Sequence record: NC_136442.1
Strand: one strand, 5' to 3'
Source of the DNA: a phage
DNA: 50,809 bases
Shown: positions 42,975 to 50,809 of the stretch, piece after piece
How positions within the stretch are numbered: the stretch's first letter is position 1
Layout: every line of letters starts with the position of its first letter
The notes under the pieces: model-generated
Databases searched by the model: none
The model's input: the letters and a program-made list of their open reading frames with translations, nothing else
Told to the model about the DNA's origin: nothing
Position numbers and translations under genes: made by a program

Positions 42975-43502
42975 ATGGCTAAAAATGTTGAGCCTGCTGT
43001 AAAGGCATTAAATTTCAAAGAGTTATACAATAAAACTTATGGAGATATTGTTACGCTAAACAACCGCCACAAGTACACGCCGGAACAGGTTTTTGATATG
43101 GCGATCCGATATTTCACTTGGGCCGAAGAGAATCACATCCAGGCGGCTGAAACCGCTTCCTTTCAGGGTGACGTGTACGAGAGCAGAGTTTACAAGCCTC
43201 GCGTTTTCACGGTTAACGGATTCAGCTTGTATCTCGGCGTGACTGAGGCCGCCGTAAGCAAATGGCGTAAAGAGCCTGGATTCTGCGATGTGATGGAGTT
43301 TGTTGATAAAGTAATTTACGAGCAAAAATTCCAGCTTGCGGCAAATAACATGATTAATGCTGGGTTTATCGGTAAAGAGATCGGAGTAGAGAAGCCAGCA
43401 ACAGTGAGCGTCGAAGCGAGCGCGGCAGCTAATGCAAGCATTGACGCAGTAACTGCCGATGAGGTGAAAGAGGCTGTTATTGATATTCTGGAGCAACTTT
43501 AA
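42975..43502 (+). CDS. terS: terminase small subunit
   Basis: 175-aa ORF with AAGGAGG RBS directly upstream of the terminase large subunit, ATGA coupled. Confidence 0.65.
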   Translation: MAKNVEPAVKALNFKELYNKTYGDIVTLNNRHKYTPEQVFDMAIRYFTWAEENHIQAAETASFQGDVYESRVYKPRVFTVNGFSLYLGVTEAAVSKWRKEPGFCDVMEFVDKVIYEQKFQLAANNMINAGFIGKEIGVEKPATVSVEASAAANASIDAVTADEVKEAVIDILEQL

Positions 43503-45070
43503 TGATCATATGGGAAGATTTGACGGCGGCGCAAAAGCGAGCCATTAAAGAAATCAGCGAGCATTCATTCGAAAAGATGATCAGAATCTGGTTCCAATTG
43601 TTGCAGGGGCAAAAATTCCAGAGCAACTGGCATTTTAGCTTATTGTGCAGTGAGGTAGAGAAGATCATCAATGGAGAGTCGCAGAATGTGATTTTCAACA
43701 TTACGCCAGGTAGCGGTAAGACTGAGATTTTCTCGATCCACATGTCACCATACGCGTCATTGAAAAGCCGGAAGGTGAGAAACCTTAACCTTTCGTTTAG
43801 TGATGGCCTTGTCCAGCAAAACAGCAACCGGATAAAGGAGATTATTGGTTCTCCTGAGTGGCAAGAGCTATGGCCTGGAAAACTGGCAAAGGCGAGCGCT
43901 AAAGATCTGATAGTCACCGAAGGCGGCAAGGTTAAATTGCAAGTTAACTCACGTTCTATTGGCGGCCAGGTAACAGGTTTGCGTGGCGGCTATATGGACG
44001 ATGGTTTTACTGGTATGCTGGTTCTTGACGATCCAGACAAGCCGGATGATATGCTTTCTAAGGTAAAGCGCGAGGCTATTCACATGCGGTTAAAAAACAC
44101 AGTGCGATCGCGTCGAATGAAAGACACCACGCCAATTGTTATGGTGCAACAGCGACTACACGTTAATGATTCCACCTGGTTCATGCTTAATGGCGGGATG
44201 GGTGGTATTGAGTTTAAAGTCGTGAGCATTCCGGCGCTGGTTACGAAAGAATACCGCGAAACGCTTCCTGATTGGTTGAAGCCTGAATTTGATCGTGATG
44301 TGCTGTCAAGTAAGCCAGTGATGATAGATGGCGTCGCTCATTATTCATTTTGGCCTGCGAAGGAAAGCGCTGAGGAGTTGCTTGCATTGCGCAATGCAGA
44401 TCCTTACACGTTCTCCAGCCAATACCAACAGCAACCAATCGCGCTTGGCGGGAACGTGTTTAAAACAGAGTGGTTCCAGTATTACGGCAGCGGCGAAAAG
44501 TGCGCACTACCAAAACCGGATCGCTTTGAATACACATTTATTACTGGAGATACCGCGCAGAAGGCCGGAGAGCTTAACGACTATTCGGTTTTTTGTTATT
44601 GGGGGATGTATAAGAATCGCGTTTACTTCATTGATGGCATTCGCGGAAAGTGGGAAGCGCCGGATCTTGAATTAAATTTTATTGCCTTCGTTAACCAGTG
44701 CTGGAAGCGCAATAAGGAGTGTGGCAGCTTGCGACGTATCCACATTGAGGATAAGGCCAGCGGCACGGGTTTGATTCAGGGGGCCAAAAAGAAGATCCCG
44801 ATTGATATAAATCCCGTTCAGCGAAGCAATGACAAGGTGACGCGAGCAATGGACGCCGCGCCAGTAATGAGGGCCGGACGTGTGGCGCTGCCAGAAAATC
44901 ACCCAATGCTGCCTGAGATACTGGCAGAGGTTGCAGCATTCACTTTTGATGATTCTCATCCCCATGATGATATTGTCGATAATATAGTTGATGCTGTTAA
45001 CGTCGAAATGAACTTGGCAGATGATCCGGTGGCAAGGATGAAAAAGCTGGCTGGTCTACGCAATAAATAG
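43502..45070 (+). CDS. terL: terminase large subunit
   Basis: ATPase-type motifs (PGSGKT Walker A-like, VLDDPD Walker B-like) and C-terminal acidic nuclease-type region; 522 aa. Confidence 0.8.
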   Translation: MIIWEDLTAAQKRAIKEISEHSFEKMIRIWFQLLQGQKFQSNWHFSLLCSEVEKIINGESQNVIFNITPGSGKTEIFSIHMSPYASLKSRKVRNLNLSFSDGLVQQNSNRIKEIIGSPEWQELWPGKLAKASAKDLIVTEGGKVKLQVNSRSIGGQVTGLRGGYMDDGFTGMLVLDDPDKPDDMLSKVKREAIHMRLKNTVRSRRMKDTTPIVMVQQRLHVNDSTWFMLNGGMGGIEFKVVSIPALVTKEYRETLPDWLKPEFDRDVLSSKPVMIDGVAHYSFWPAKESAEELLALRNADPYTFSSQYQQQPIALGGNVFKTEWFQYYGSGEKCALPKPDRFEYTFITGDTAQKAGELNDYSVFCYWGMYKNRVYFIDGIRGKWEAPDLELNFIAFVNQCWKRNKECGSLRRIHIEDKASGTGLIQGAKKKIPIDINPVQRSNDKVTRAMDAAPVMRAGRVALPENHPMLPEILAEVAAFTFDDSHPHDDIVDNIVDAVNVEMNLADDPVARMKKLAGLRNK

Positions 45071-45096
45071 CACTAATTGCTAAAAAGTTATATAAT
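45067..45096 (+). promoter_or_regulatory. motif variant (ATAGCACTAATTGCTAAAAAG) with TATAAT upstream of portal
   Basis: Read directly; hexamer lies 3 nt upstream of a terminator hairpin. Confidence 0.5.
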
Positions 45097-45098
45097 CA

Positions 45099-45124
45099 AG
45101 GCTGGATTTTTCCAGCCTTTTTTA
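45099..45124 (+). terminator. intrinsic terminator between terL and portal
   Basis: AGGCTGGA-TTTT-TCCAGCCT hairpin plus TTTTTT. Confidence 0.75.
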
Positions 45125-45140
45125 TTATGGAGATTTGACG

Positions 45141-46433
45141 ATGAGTGAAAAAACAAGGCTAGTTAAGGCCGATGGGTACAACGAGATTTTCAAGGGCAGC
45201 AAGGGCAATGGGCGTGTGGAGTTGCCTTTCTTTATGCAAGGGTTCGAATACACCACGCACGCTGATTTTTACATTCGCGACGGCCTAGCAAAACGAATCA
45301 TCGACGTTGTTCCAGAAGAAATGGTGACGCCTGGATTTAATATTGACGGCGTGGAAGACGAGGAAAGTTTTAGATCTTTGTGGGATGAGAAGCGACTAAA
45401 CGATAAAATCATTGATGCGCTTTGCTGGTCGCGTCTTTTTGGTGGCGCTGCAATCGTGGCAATCGTTCAGGATGGAAGGGCATTAAAGTCACCTGTAGCG
45501 CCTGGTGCAATCCTTGAAGATGTTCGCGTTTACGATCGCTTTCAGGTTCGCGTAGAAAAGCGCGAAACTAATCCACGTAAGGTGCGATATGGTGAGCCAT
45601 TAATTTACACCATTTCACCTGGTGCGGACTTGCCAGAATATCAGGTTCACTATTCGCGAGTCTGTATTATCGACGGTGAGCGGCTACCAAATCAGCGACG
45701 TCAGTCAAATGATGGTTGGGGTGAGTCAATCCTGAATAAGCGATTGGTTGAGGCTATTTGTGATTACAACTACTGCGAAAACTTAGCAACTCAATTGTTG
45801 CGACGTAAGCAACAGGCAGTATGGAAAGCTAAAGGACTTGCCGATCTTTGTGATGATGATGATGGTGTTAACGCCGCACGTTTGCGCCTTGCTCAAGTTG
45901 ATGATGAGGGTGGCGTAGGCCGCGCGATCGGCATTGATGCGGAAGATGAGGAATATGATGTTTTAAATTCTGATATTTCCGGCGTCGATTCATTCCTGGA
46001 AAAGAAGATGGATCGCATTGTATCTCTTTCCGGCATCCATGAAATCATCCTCAAAAACAAGAACGTTGGCGGTGTTAGCGCGAGCCAAAACACGGCGCTT
46101 GAAACCTTCTACAAGCTGATCGATCGAAAGCGAAAGGAAGAATACAAACCAATCCTTGAATTTCTGATCCCGTTCCTGATTCAAGAGGAAGAATGGAGTA
46201 TTCACTTTGCGCCGTTAAGCGTTCCCAGCGAAAAGGACCAGGCCGAGATCTTGAACAAGAATATTGATTCTTTGAGCAAGGCTATTGACGGTCAATTCAT
46301 GGATACAGAGGAGGCGCGCGACACATTGCGAGCCATTGCGCCTAACGTTAAACTAAAGGACGGCAATAACATTAAATTACCTGAGCAGGACGTAGAGCCG
46401 GAGCCAGGAACAACCGAGGGTAGCAATCAATGA
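45141..46433 (+). CDS. portal protein
   Basis: 430 aa directly after terminase large; GGAG RBS 8 nt upstream; ATG chosen over TTG at 45135. Confidence 0.7.
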   Translation: MSEKTRLVKADGYNEIFKGSKGNGRVELPFFMQGFEYTTHADFYIRDGLAKRIIDVVPEEMVTPGFNIDGVEDEESFRSLWDEKRLNDKIIDALCWSRLFGGAAIVAIVQDGRALKSPVAPGAILEDVRVYDRFQVRVEKRETNPRKVRYGEPLIYTISPGADLPEYQVHYSRVCIIDGERLPNQRRQSNDGWGESILNKRLVEAICDYNYCENLATQLLRRKQQAVWKAKGLADLCDDDDGVNAARLRLAQVDDEGGVGRAIGIDAEDEEYDVLNSDISGVDSFLEKKMDRIVSLSGIHEIILKNKNVGGVSASQNTALETFYKLIDRKRKEEYKPILEFLIPFLIQEEEWSIHFAPLSVPSEKDQAEILNKNIDSLSKAIDGQFMDTEEARDTLRAIAPNVKLKDGNNIKLPEQDVEPEPGTTEGSNQ

Positions 46434-47185
46434 TAGTGAAAGGCGTCGTTAAACAATGGCGCTTTCCTGAAGCAAGCGAGCGGCAATTGCGCCGCTCAAT
46501 TCAGGAGGCGATAAGGGATCTTGTTGTGCTGATGCGCAGCAAAACAAAGGAAATGAAATTTGACGCGGACACCGAAGAAATCAACGCCGCAGAGGATGAG
46601 ATTAGTAGCTTCGCGTTAAAGCTAATAGCTGGCATCGCCGCATCACTTCCGGTTATCGGCCTTGCTGTTTATAAATTCAACGCAAAGCAATTTATTAACG
46701 TAGCGAAATCAACGGGAGGCAAGTCAAATTCCGCCGTTATCATCCTTATGGCTATTGGGGCCAATGCGAATGAGAGTTGGTATAGGACGCTATACGGTCA
46801 ATGGCATGACATGACGATCGCATCTCTTCAAAAACTATTTGGAAACATTGTGTCTGACTGGTCAACCAATATCAGATCGGCAAACTTTCGCGGAATGAGA
46901 GATAGTCAGGTTAATGAATTGGCTGGTAAGAGGTTCGCAGTTTATAGCTCTTGGGGTAAGACAAGGGCGGAAAACATCATAGGCGCTTGGAATAGTAGAC
47001 TCATGCGCCAGCGTCTGTATGATGCAAAAGTAACTCATTATTTTTGGCATGGTATGCTTGATGACAGAGAGCGATTGCAGCATGTACAATGGGAAGGTAA
47101 GCGCATTGCGCTAGATTCTGAACATGATTTTCCTGGTGAGCCTTTCGGTTGTCGTTGTTGGGCAATACCAGATTGGAACGGTTAA
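46430..47185 (+). CDS. head morphogenesis protein (SPP1 gp7-like minor head protein)
   Basis: 251 aa, ATGA coupled to portal, conserved position. Confidence 0.6.
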   Translation: MIVKGVVKQWRFPEASERQLRRSIQEAIRDLVVLMRSKTKEMKFDADTEEINAAEDEISSFALKLIAGIAASLPVIGLAVYKFNAKQFINVAKSTGGKSNSAVIILMAIGANANESWYRTLYGQWHDMTIASLQKLFGNIVSDWSTNIRSANFRGMRDSQVNELAGKRFAVYSSWGKTRAENIIGAWNSRLMRQRLYDAKVTHYFWHGMLDDRERLQHVQWEGKRIALDSEHDFPGEPFGCRCWAIPDWNG

Positions 47186-47195
47186 GAGGTATTAA

Positions 47196-48311
47196 ATGAA
47201 AGCAAAACAAAGATTTGATAGCGCCAAAGTAAAGGCGCACTTTGATGATAACGGGTTTTTAGTTGATCGCCCTATCGTGGCGCGAATTGGTTTACAAGTC
47301 TATCAGACTCCTTTCGGTGAGCGCAGAGAATTTCGTCCTGCGTCCGAAGTATTCAAGGCCGACTCGCTCGCCACCTTTGCAGGTAAGCCGGTCACGGTTG
47401 GTCACGTCACGGTAACGCCAGAAAACGCAGAAAAGGTTGTGGTTGGTTCTTGTGCTGGCGCTGGTGTGCCGAACGGGATCGGCGTAGAGGTTCCGTTAAG
47501 CATTTACTCAAAACGAGCAATCGAAAGCGCGAAGAAGCGAGACACGGCGGAAATTTCAGTTGGTTATACATCGGTTGATATTGATAAACCAGGCTGGGGC
47601 AATAATAAAACTGGTGAGTACGTTTTCGATGAGGATGTTAGCGAAGACTGGAAACCTGATTCTCCTGATTGGGTTAAGTTTGATGCAATCCAGACTGAAA
47701 TCAAGGTAAACCACATCGCGTTAGTTTTCCGAGGTCGAGCTGGCATTGCAAAATTAAACCTTGATAGCCAGCAAGATTTTCCGTATAGTGACGATGTTAT
47801 TAACAACAAAGAGGATCAAATCATGACTGTAAAAATTAAACTGGATGGCGCTGTAGAGTTTGACGTGCCAAAAGCAGTTGCGGATCACATTGAATCACTG
47901 AAAGCTGATGCCAAAGCACAGAAAGAAAAGGCGGACGGCCTGGAAGCTGAGCGAGATGCACTGCAAACCAAAGTAGATGGCATTCAGGATCAGATTGATG
48001 CCGCAGTCAAGAAAGCCAAAGAAGATGCCGCGCAACATGCTCAATTAGTAGCAGACGCTAAAGAGTTAGGCATCAAGTGCGACGGCCTGGATGCGAAAGC
48101 AATCAAGGTTGCATACATCAAAGAAGTTATGGGCAATGACGTTTCCGATAAAACTGATGCCTATATCGAAACAGCTTTCGACATCGCCAAAAACTCTGAT
48201 AAAATGGCGGCACAGCGTAAGAGTATTAAAGGTGACTCTTTCGCTAATGAAAAACAGGATGACGCAGGTTCTAAGCTGAATCCTAACGCTCGTTTTGAGA
48301 AACTGAAATAA
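47196..48311 (+). CDS. putative prohead scaffold/core protein (coiled-coil C-terminus)
   Basis: 371 aa; alanine/lysine/glutamate-rich coiled-coil segment after residue 210; position between morphogenesis and head proteins. Confidence 0.5.
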   Translation: MKAKQRFDSAKVKAHFDDNGFLVDRPIVARIGLQVYQTPFGERREFRPASEVFKADSLATFAGKPVTVGHVTVTPENAEKVVVGSCAGAGVPNGIGVEVPLSIYSKRAIESAKKRDTAEISVGYTSVDIDKPGWGNNKTGEYVFDEDVSEDWKPDSPDWVKFDAIQTEIKVNHIALVFRGRAGIAKLNLDSQQDFPYSDDVINNKEDQIMTVKIKLDGAVEFDVPKAVADHIESLKADAKAQKEKADGLEAERDALQTKVDGIQDQIDAAVKKAKEDAAQHAQLVADAKELGIKCDGLDAKAIKVAYIKEVMGNDVSDKTDAYIETAFDIAKNSDKMAAQRKSIKGDSFANEKQDDAGSKLNPNARFEKLK

Positions 48312-48323
48312 GGAGTAATTAAA

Positions 48324-48803
48324 ATGGCTAAAATTGGAGCAAGTTATTTTGACACTATGGCGATCGCACTACCTGGCATGGTTGCCGACACTTCTAAATA
48401 CAACATTGACGGCGCTTGCGTCGTTAGTGAAGGTGGGGAAATTCTTGTTGGTACTGCCGTGCAGGTTGTCGCAGTGCAAGCGGTTGAAGGTCATAAACTT
48501 ATTAAGCGCATGGAAACAGGAAAATATCCTTACGGTGTGGCAATTCGTTCTCACTGGCAAACTGTTAACTCTCAAGGACAGATGGTTTATGAAGAAGGAA
48601 GCGCAATCAACGTAATGACATCTGGCAGAGTTTGGATTCGTTCAAGGTCCAGCGCAGCACCAGTCTTCGGCACTGCCGTTAAACTTGATGTTGATGGTCA
48701 TGAAAAATCAGACGGTTCAATCACTACTAACTGGACATACGCTGGCGGATTTGTCAAATATAAAGATATTAATCTTGTAGAAGTTCAGTTGCAGCAACTG
48801 TAA
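48324..48803 (+). CDS. head structural protein (paralogue of 48863 gene N-terminal domain)
   Basis: Shares YNIDGACV, PYG(V/I)A(I/F)RS, GRVW, AGGFVK segments with the next ORF; AAGGAG RBS. Confidence 0.55.
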   Translation: MAKIGASYFDTMAIALPGMVADTSKYNIDGACVVSEGGEILVGTAVQVVAVQAVEGHKLIKRMETGKYPYGVAIRSHWQTVNSQGQMVYEEGSAINVMTSGRVWIRSRSSAAPVFGTAVKLDVDGHEKSDGSITTNWTYAGGFVKYKDINLVEVQLQQL

Positions 48804-48862
48804 TTAGAGTTTAATATTGGGACCATCCAAAAGGATGGTCCTTTTTTTATGGAGAAATTATT

Positions 48863-49876
48863 ATGGCTTATGAAAATTTAATGATGCACTATGCATGTCC
48901 TGGCAATCTCTCTGATACTTCAACCTATAACATTGATGGCGCTTGTGTTGCTCAAGGTGATATTGAGTTTGGATCAGCGGTTCGGGTTGTCGGAATAGTG
49001 GATGGAATGAGGGTTGTGACGGCGCTTTCTGATGGTGAAACTCCTTACGGCATCGCTTTTCGTTCCCAATATGAGCACCTGAGCGGTAAAATTCTCGACG
49101 GAGAGGTGTGTAACGTCGTTTCTCAAGGTCGGGTGTGGGCGCTTACTTCTCTTAGTGAAGCCCCGAAATCATTCTCAAAACTAAGAATCGGTGTTGGAGG
49201 AGTAGTAACTGGCGTAGATGATTATGTTGGTTGGACCTTTGCTGGTGGCTTTGTTAAGCATGAAGACGGTCACATTATTGAGGTTCAGGTGAAGCAAAAT
49301 GCTCTAATCGTTCCACCCCCTCCGCCTCCTGTGGTGCTGGTAGAGTCTGCAACAATTAACACTGACAAGGAGAGTCCGCAGCCAAACAATGCTCCTGTAA
49401 AATGCAGTATCACAGTAGAGCCTGGCAACGCCACAGATAAAACTGGTGTTTGGTCTGTTGATGCTGTAAACATTGCGACTATTGATGCCGATACAGGTAT
49501 TCTAACTCCTGTTGGTAGTGATGCATTCGGTAGTGTAAACGTAAATTGGACTGCTAACGATGGAAGCAAGACTAAGGCCACGATTGTTTATCAATTCGAA
49601 AAAGCTGTTGTTAGCGTCGCTAGTGCAACCGTAAGCCTTGAGAAAAATTCTGCAATTGTTGGTGAAGCCGTTCAGGCGAGCGTTGTCGTTGCTCCAGAGG
49701 GTGCTACAAATAAATCCGGTTCTTGGTCTTTGTCAAGTGGTGATTTTGCATCTGTAGATCCTGGTACTGGACTAGTAACTACTATCGCCGCTGGCGAGGT
49801 TGATGTTATCTGGACCGCTGCTGATGGTTCTGGCGTTAAAGGTCAGCAAAGACTAACCATCACCGATCCTGAATAA
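48863..49876 (+). CDS. head structural protein with proline linker and two C-terminal Ig-like (Big_2-like) repeats
   Basis: N-terminal domain paralogous to the previous ORF; PPPPPP linker; two similar roughly 80-aa beta-rich repeats. Confidence 0.55.
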   Translation: MAYENLMMHYACPGNLSDTSTYNIDGACVAQGDIEFGSAVRVVGIVDGMRVVTALSDGETPYGIAFRSQYEHLSGKILDGEVCNVVSQGRVWALTSLSEAPKSFSKLRIGVGGVVTGVDDYVGWTFAGGFVKHEDGHIIEVQVKQNALIVPPPPPPVVLVESATINTDKESPQPNNAPVKCSITVEPGNATDKTGVWSVDAVNIATIDADTGILTPVGSDAFGSVNVNWTANDGSKTKATIVYQFEKAVVSVASATVSLEKNSAIVGEAVQASVVVAPEGATNKSGSWSLSSGDFASVDPGTGLVTTIAAGEVDVIWTAADGSGVKGQQRLTITDPE

Positions 49877-49888
49877 CATAAAAACGCT

Positions 49889-49916
49889 TTGACGCTTTAA
49901 CAAAAAGTGCTATCAT
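49889..49916 (+). promoter_or_regulatory. sigma70-type promoter TTGACG-16-TATCAT upstream of major capsid gene
   Basis: Read directly; spacer is formed by the family motif in reverse orientation. Confidence 0.5.
49895..49913 (-). promoter_or_regulatory. 20-nt family motif, reverse orientation (CTTTAACAAAAAGTGCTAT)
   Basis: Read directly. Confidence 0.6.
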
Positions 49917-49919
49917 CTA

Positions 49920-49945
49920 GGCCGTTACATTTAACGGCCTTTTAT
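49920..49945 (+). terminator. terminator-like hairpin immediately upstream of the capsid RBS
   Basis: GGCCGTTACATTTAACGGCC plus TTTTAT. Confidence 0.55.
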
Positions 49946-49957
49946 GGAGGAAACAAA

Positions 49958-50809
49958 ATGGCTAAAAAATATGATGAATTAGATGCTACTATTGTAGCAA
50001 ATCATTTGCAGATTCAGGGTGTTAAGTCCGACGCTTCTGATATGGGTATTTGGACCGCTCAAGAGCTACACAAGATCCGCTCTAACGCATACGAGAAAGA
50101 GTATCCGGCAGGTTCCGCGCTTCGCGTATTCCCTGTAACAAACGAGCTTTCTGATACTGACAAGACTTTCGAATATCAGACTTTTGATAAGGTTGGCTAC
50201 GCGAAAATTATCGCCGACTACACCGATGATCTGCCGACTGTGGACGCGTTGATGACTTCTGAGTTTGGCAAAGTGTTCCGCCTGGGTAACGCTTATCTGA
50301 TCTCCATTGATGAGATTAAAGCAGGTCAGCGAACTGGCAAGAGCCTGTCAACTCGCAAGGCTAACGCTGCGCAAAATGCACATGATCAGTTGATTAACTT
50401 CCTGGTGTTCAAGGGTTCCAAGCCTCACAAGATCGTTTCCGTTTTCGATCATCCTAACCTTACGAAAATTGTTTCTAAAGGCTGGATGAGCAATGACGGC
50501 AATACCAAGTTCCCGCAGGTAGCAAGCGATGAACTGGAGGCTGCAATCGAAACGATCGAGGAAGTGACCAAAGGCCAGCACCGCGCGACCAACATCCTGA
50601 TCCCGCCGTCCATGCGTAAAGTCCTAACGGTTCGAATGGAAAATACCACTGAAAGTTATCTTGAATACTTTCAGAAGCAAAACGGCGGTATCACTATCGA
50701 CTCTATCGCAGAGCTTGAGGATATTGACGGCAAAGGTACGAAAGGTTGCTTGGTTTACGAAAAAGATCCAATGAACATGAGCATTGAGATTCCAGAAGCG
50801 TTTAACATG
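49958..50809 (+). CDS. major capsid protein, N-terminal 284 codons (continues at 1..247)
   Basis: GGAGG RBS; ORF runs to the window end and continues in frame through the duplicated junction. Confidence 0.7.
   Translation, partial: MAKKYDELDATIVANHLQIQGVKSDASDMGIWTAQELHKIRSNAYEKEYPAGSALRVFPVTNELSDTDKTFEYQTFDKVGYAKIIADYTDDLPTVDALMTSEFGKVFRLGNAYLISIDEIKAGQRTGKSLSTRKANAAQNAHDQLINFLVFKGSKPHKIVSVFDHPNLTKIVSKGWMSNDGNTKFPQVASDELEAAIETIEEVTKGQHRATNILIPPSMRKVLTVRMENTTESYLEYFQKQNGGITIDSIAELEDIDGKGTKGCLVYEKDPMNMSIEIPEAFNM
50683..50809. repeat. terminal duplication, identical to 1-127
   Basis: Exact identity read directly. Confidence 0.95.

Noticed and set aside
43056-43929. Two minus-strand ORFs (146 and 150 aa) across the terminase genes
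   Set aside because: Antisense to terS and terL, which carry clear ATPase motifs and RBSs; no signals support the antisense frames.
50683-50809. 127-bp end duplication as a biological direct terminal repeat
   Set aside because: Too short for the terminal redundancy expected of a headful-packaging T1-like phage and placed inside the capsid gene; more consistent with circular-assembly overlap.

Overview
The window is a complete, circularly closed dsDNA phage genome: nt 1-127 are identical to nt 50683-50809, giving a unique length of about 50.68 kb, and the major capsid gene runs across that junction. Gene content and order match a T1-like siphovirus (Drexlerviridae-like). All calls come from reading the sequence and the supplied ORF track; no database search was run, so family-level calls rest on recognised motifs and synteny. 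Modules on the + strand: terminase small/large, portal, head morphogenesis, scaffold-like protein, two paralogous head proteins, major capsid, head-tail connectors, major tail protein, G/GT chaperone with a -1 frameshift, tape measure, lambda-like M-L-K-I-J tail tip. Then a leftward receptor-binding/lipoprotein locus, a rightward exonuclease-Erf-SSB module, a leftward tail fibre-primase-HTH block, rightward helicase/VRR-NUC/Dam/phosphoesterase and a holin/SAR-endolysin/unimolecular-spanin lysis cassette, and two blocks of small early genes (leftward 26836-33741, rightward 34416-42896). No integrase, repressor/attachment module, tRNA or CRISPR array was seen. The strongest unexplained signal is a 20-nt motif ATAGCACTTTTTGTTAAAAC present about 20 times, usually 18 nt upstream of a -10-like hexamer and followed by a conserved leader and RBS. 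It looks like a phage-specific promoter class without a canonical -35. Other signals: two diverged copies of an AT-rich element each ending in a consensus sigma70 promoter, five TAATCA repeats phased at 10 bp, a possible frameshift in the receptor-binding locus, and promoters whose start sites fall inside terminator hairpins.
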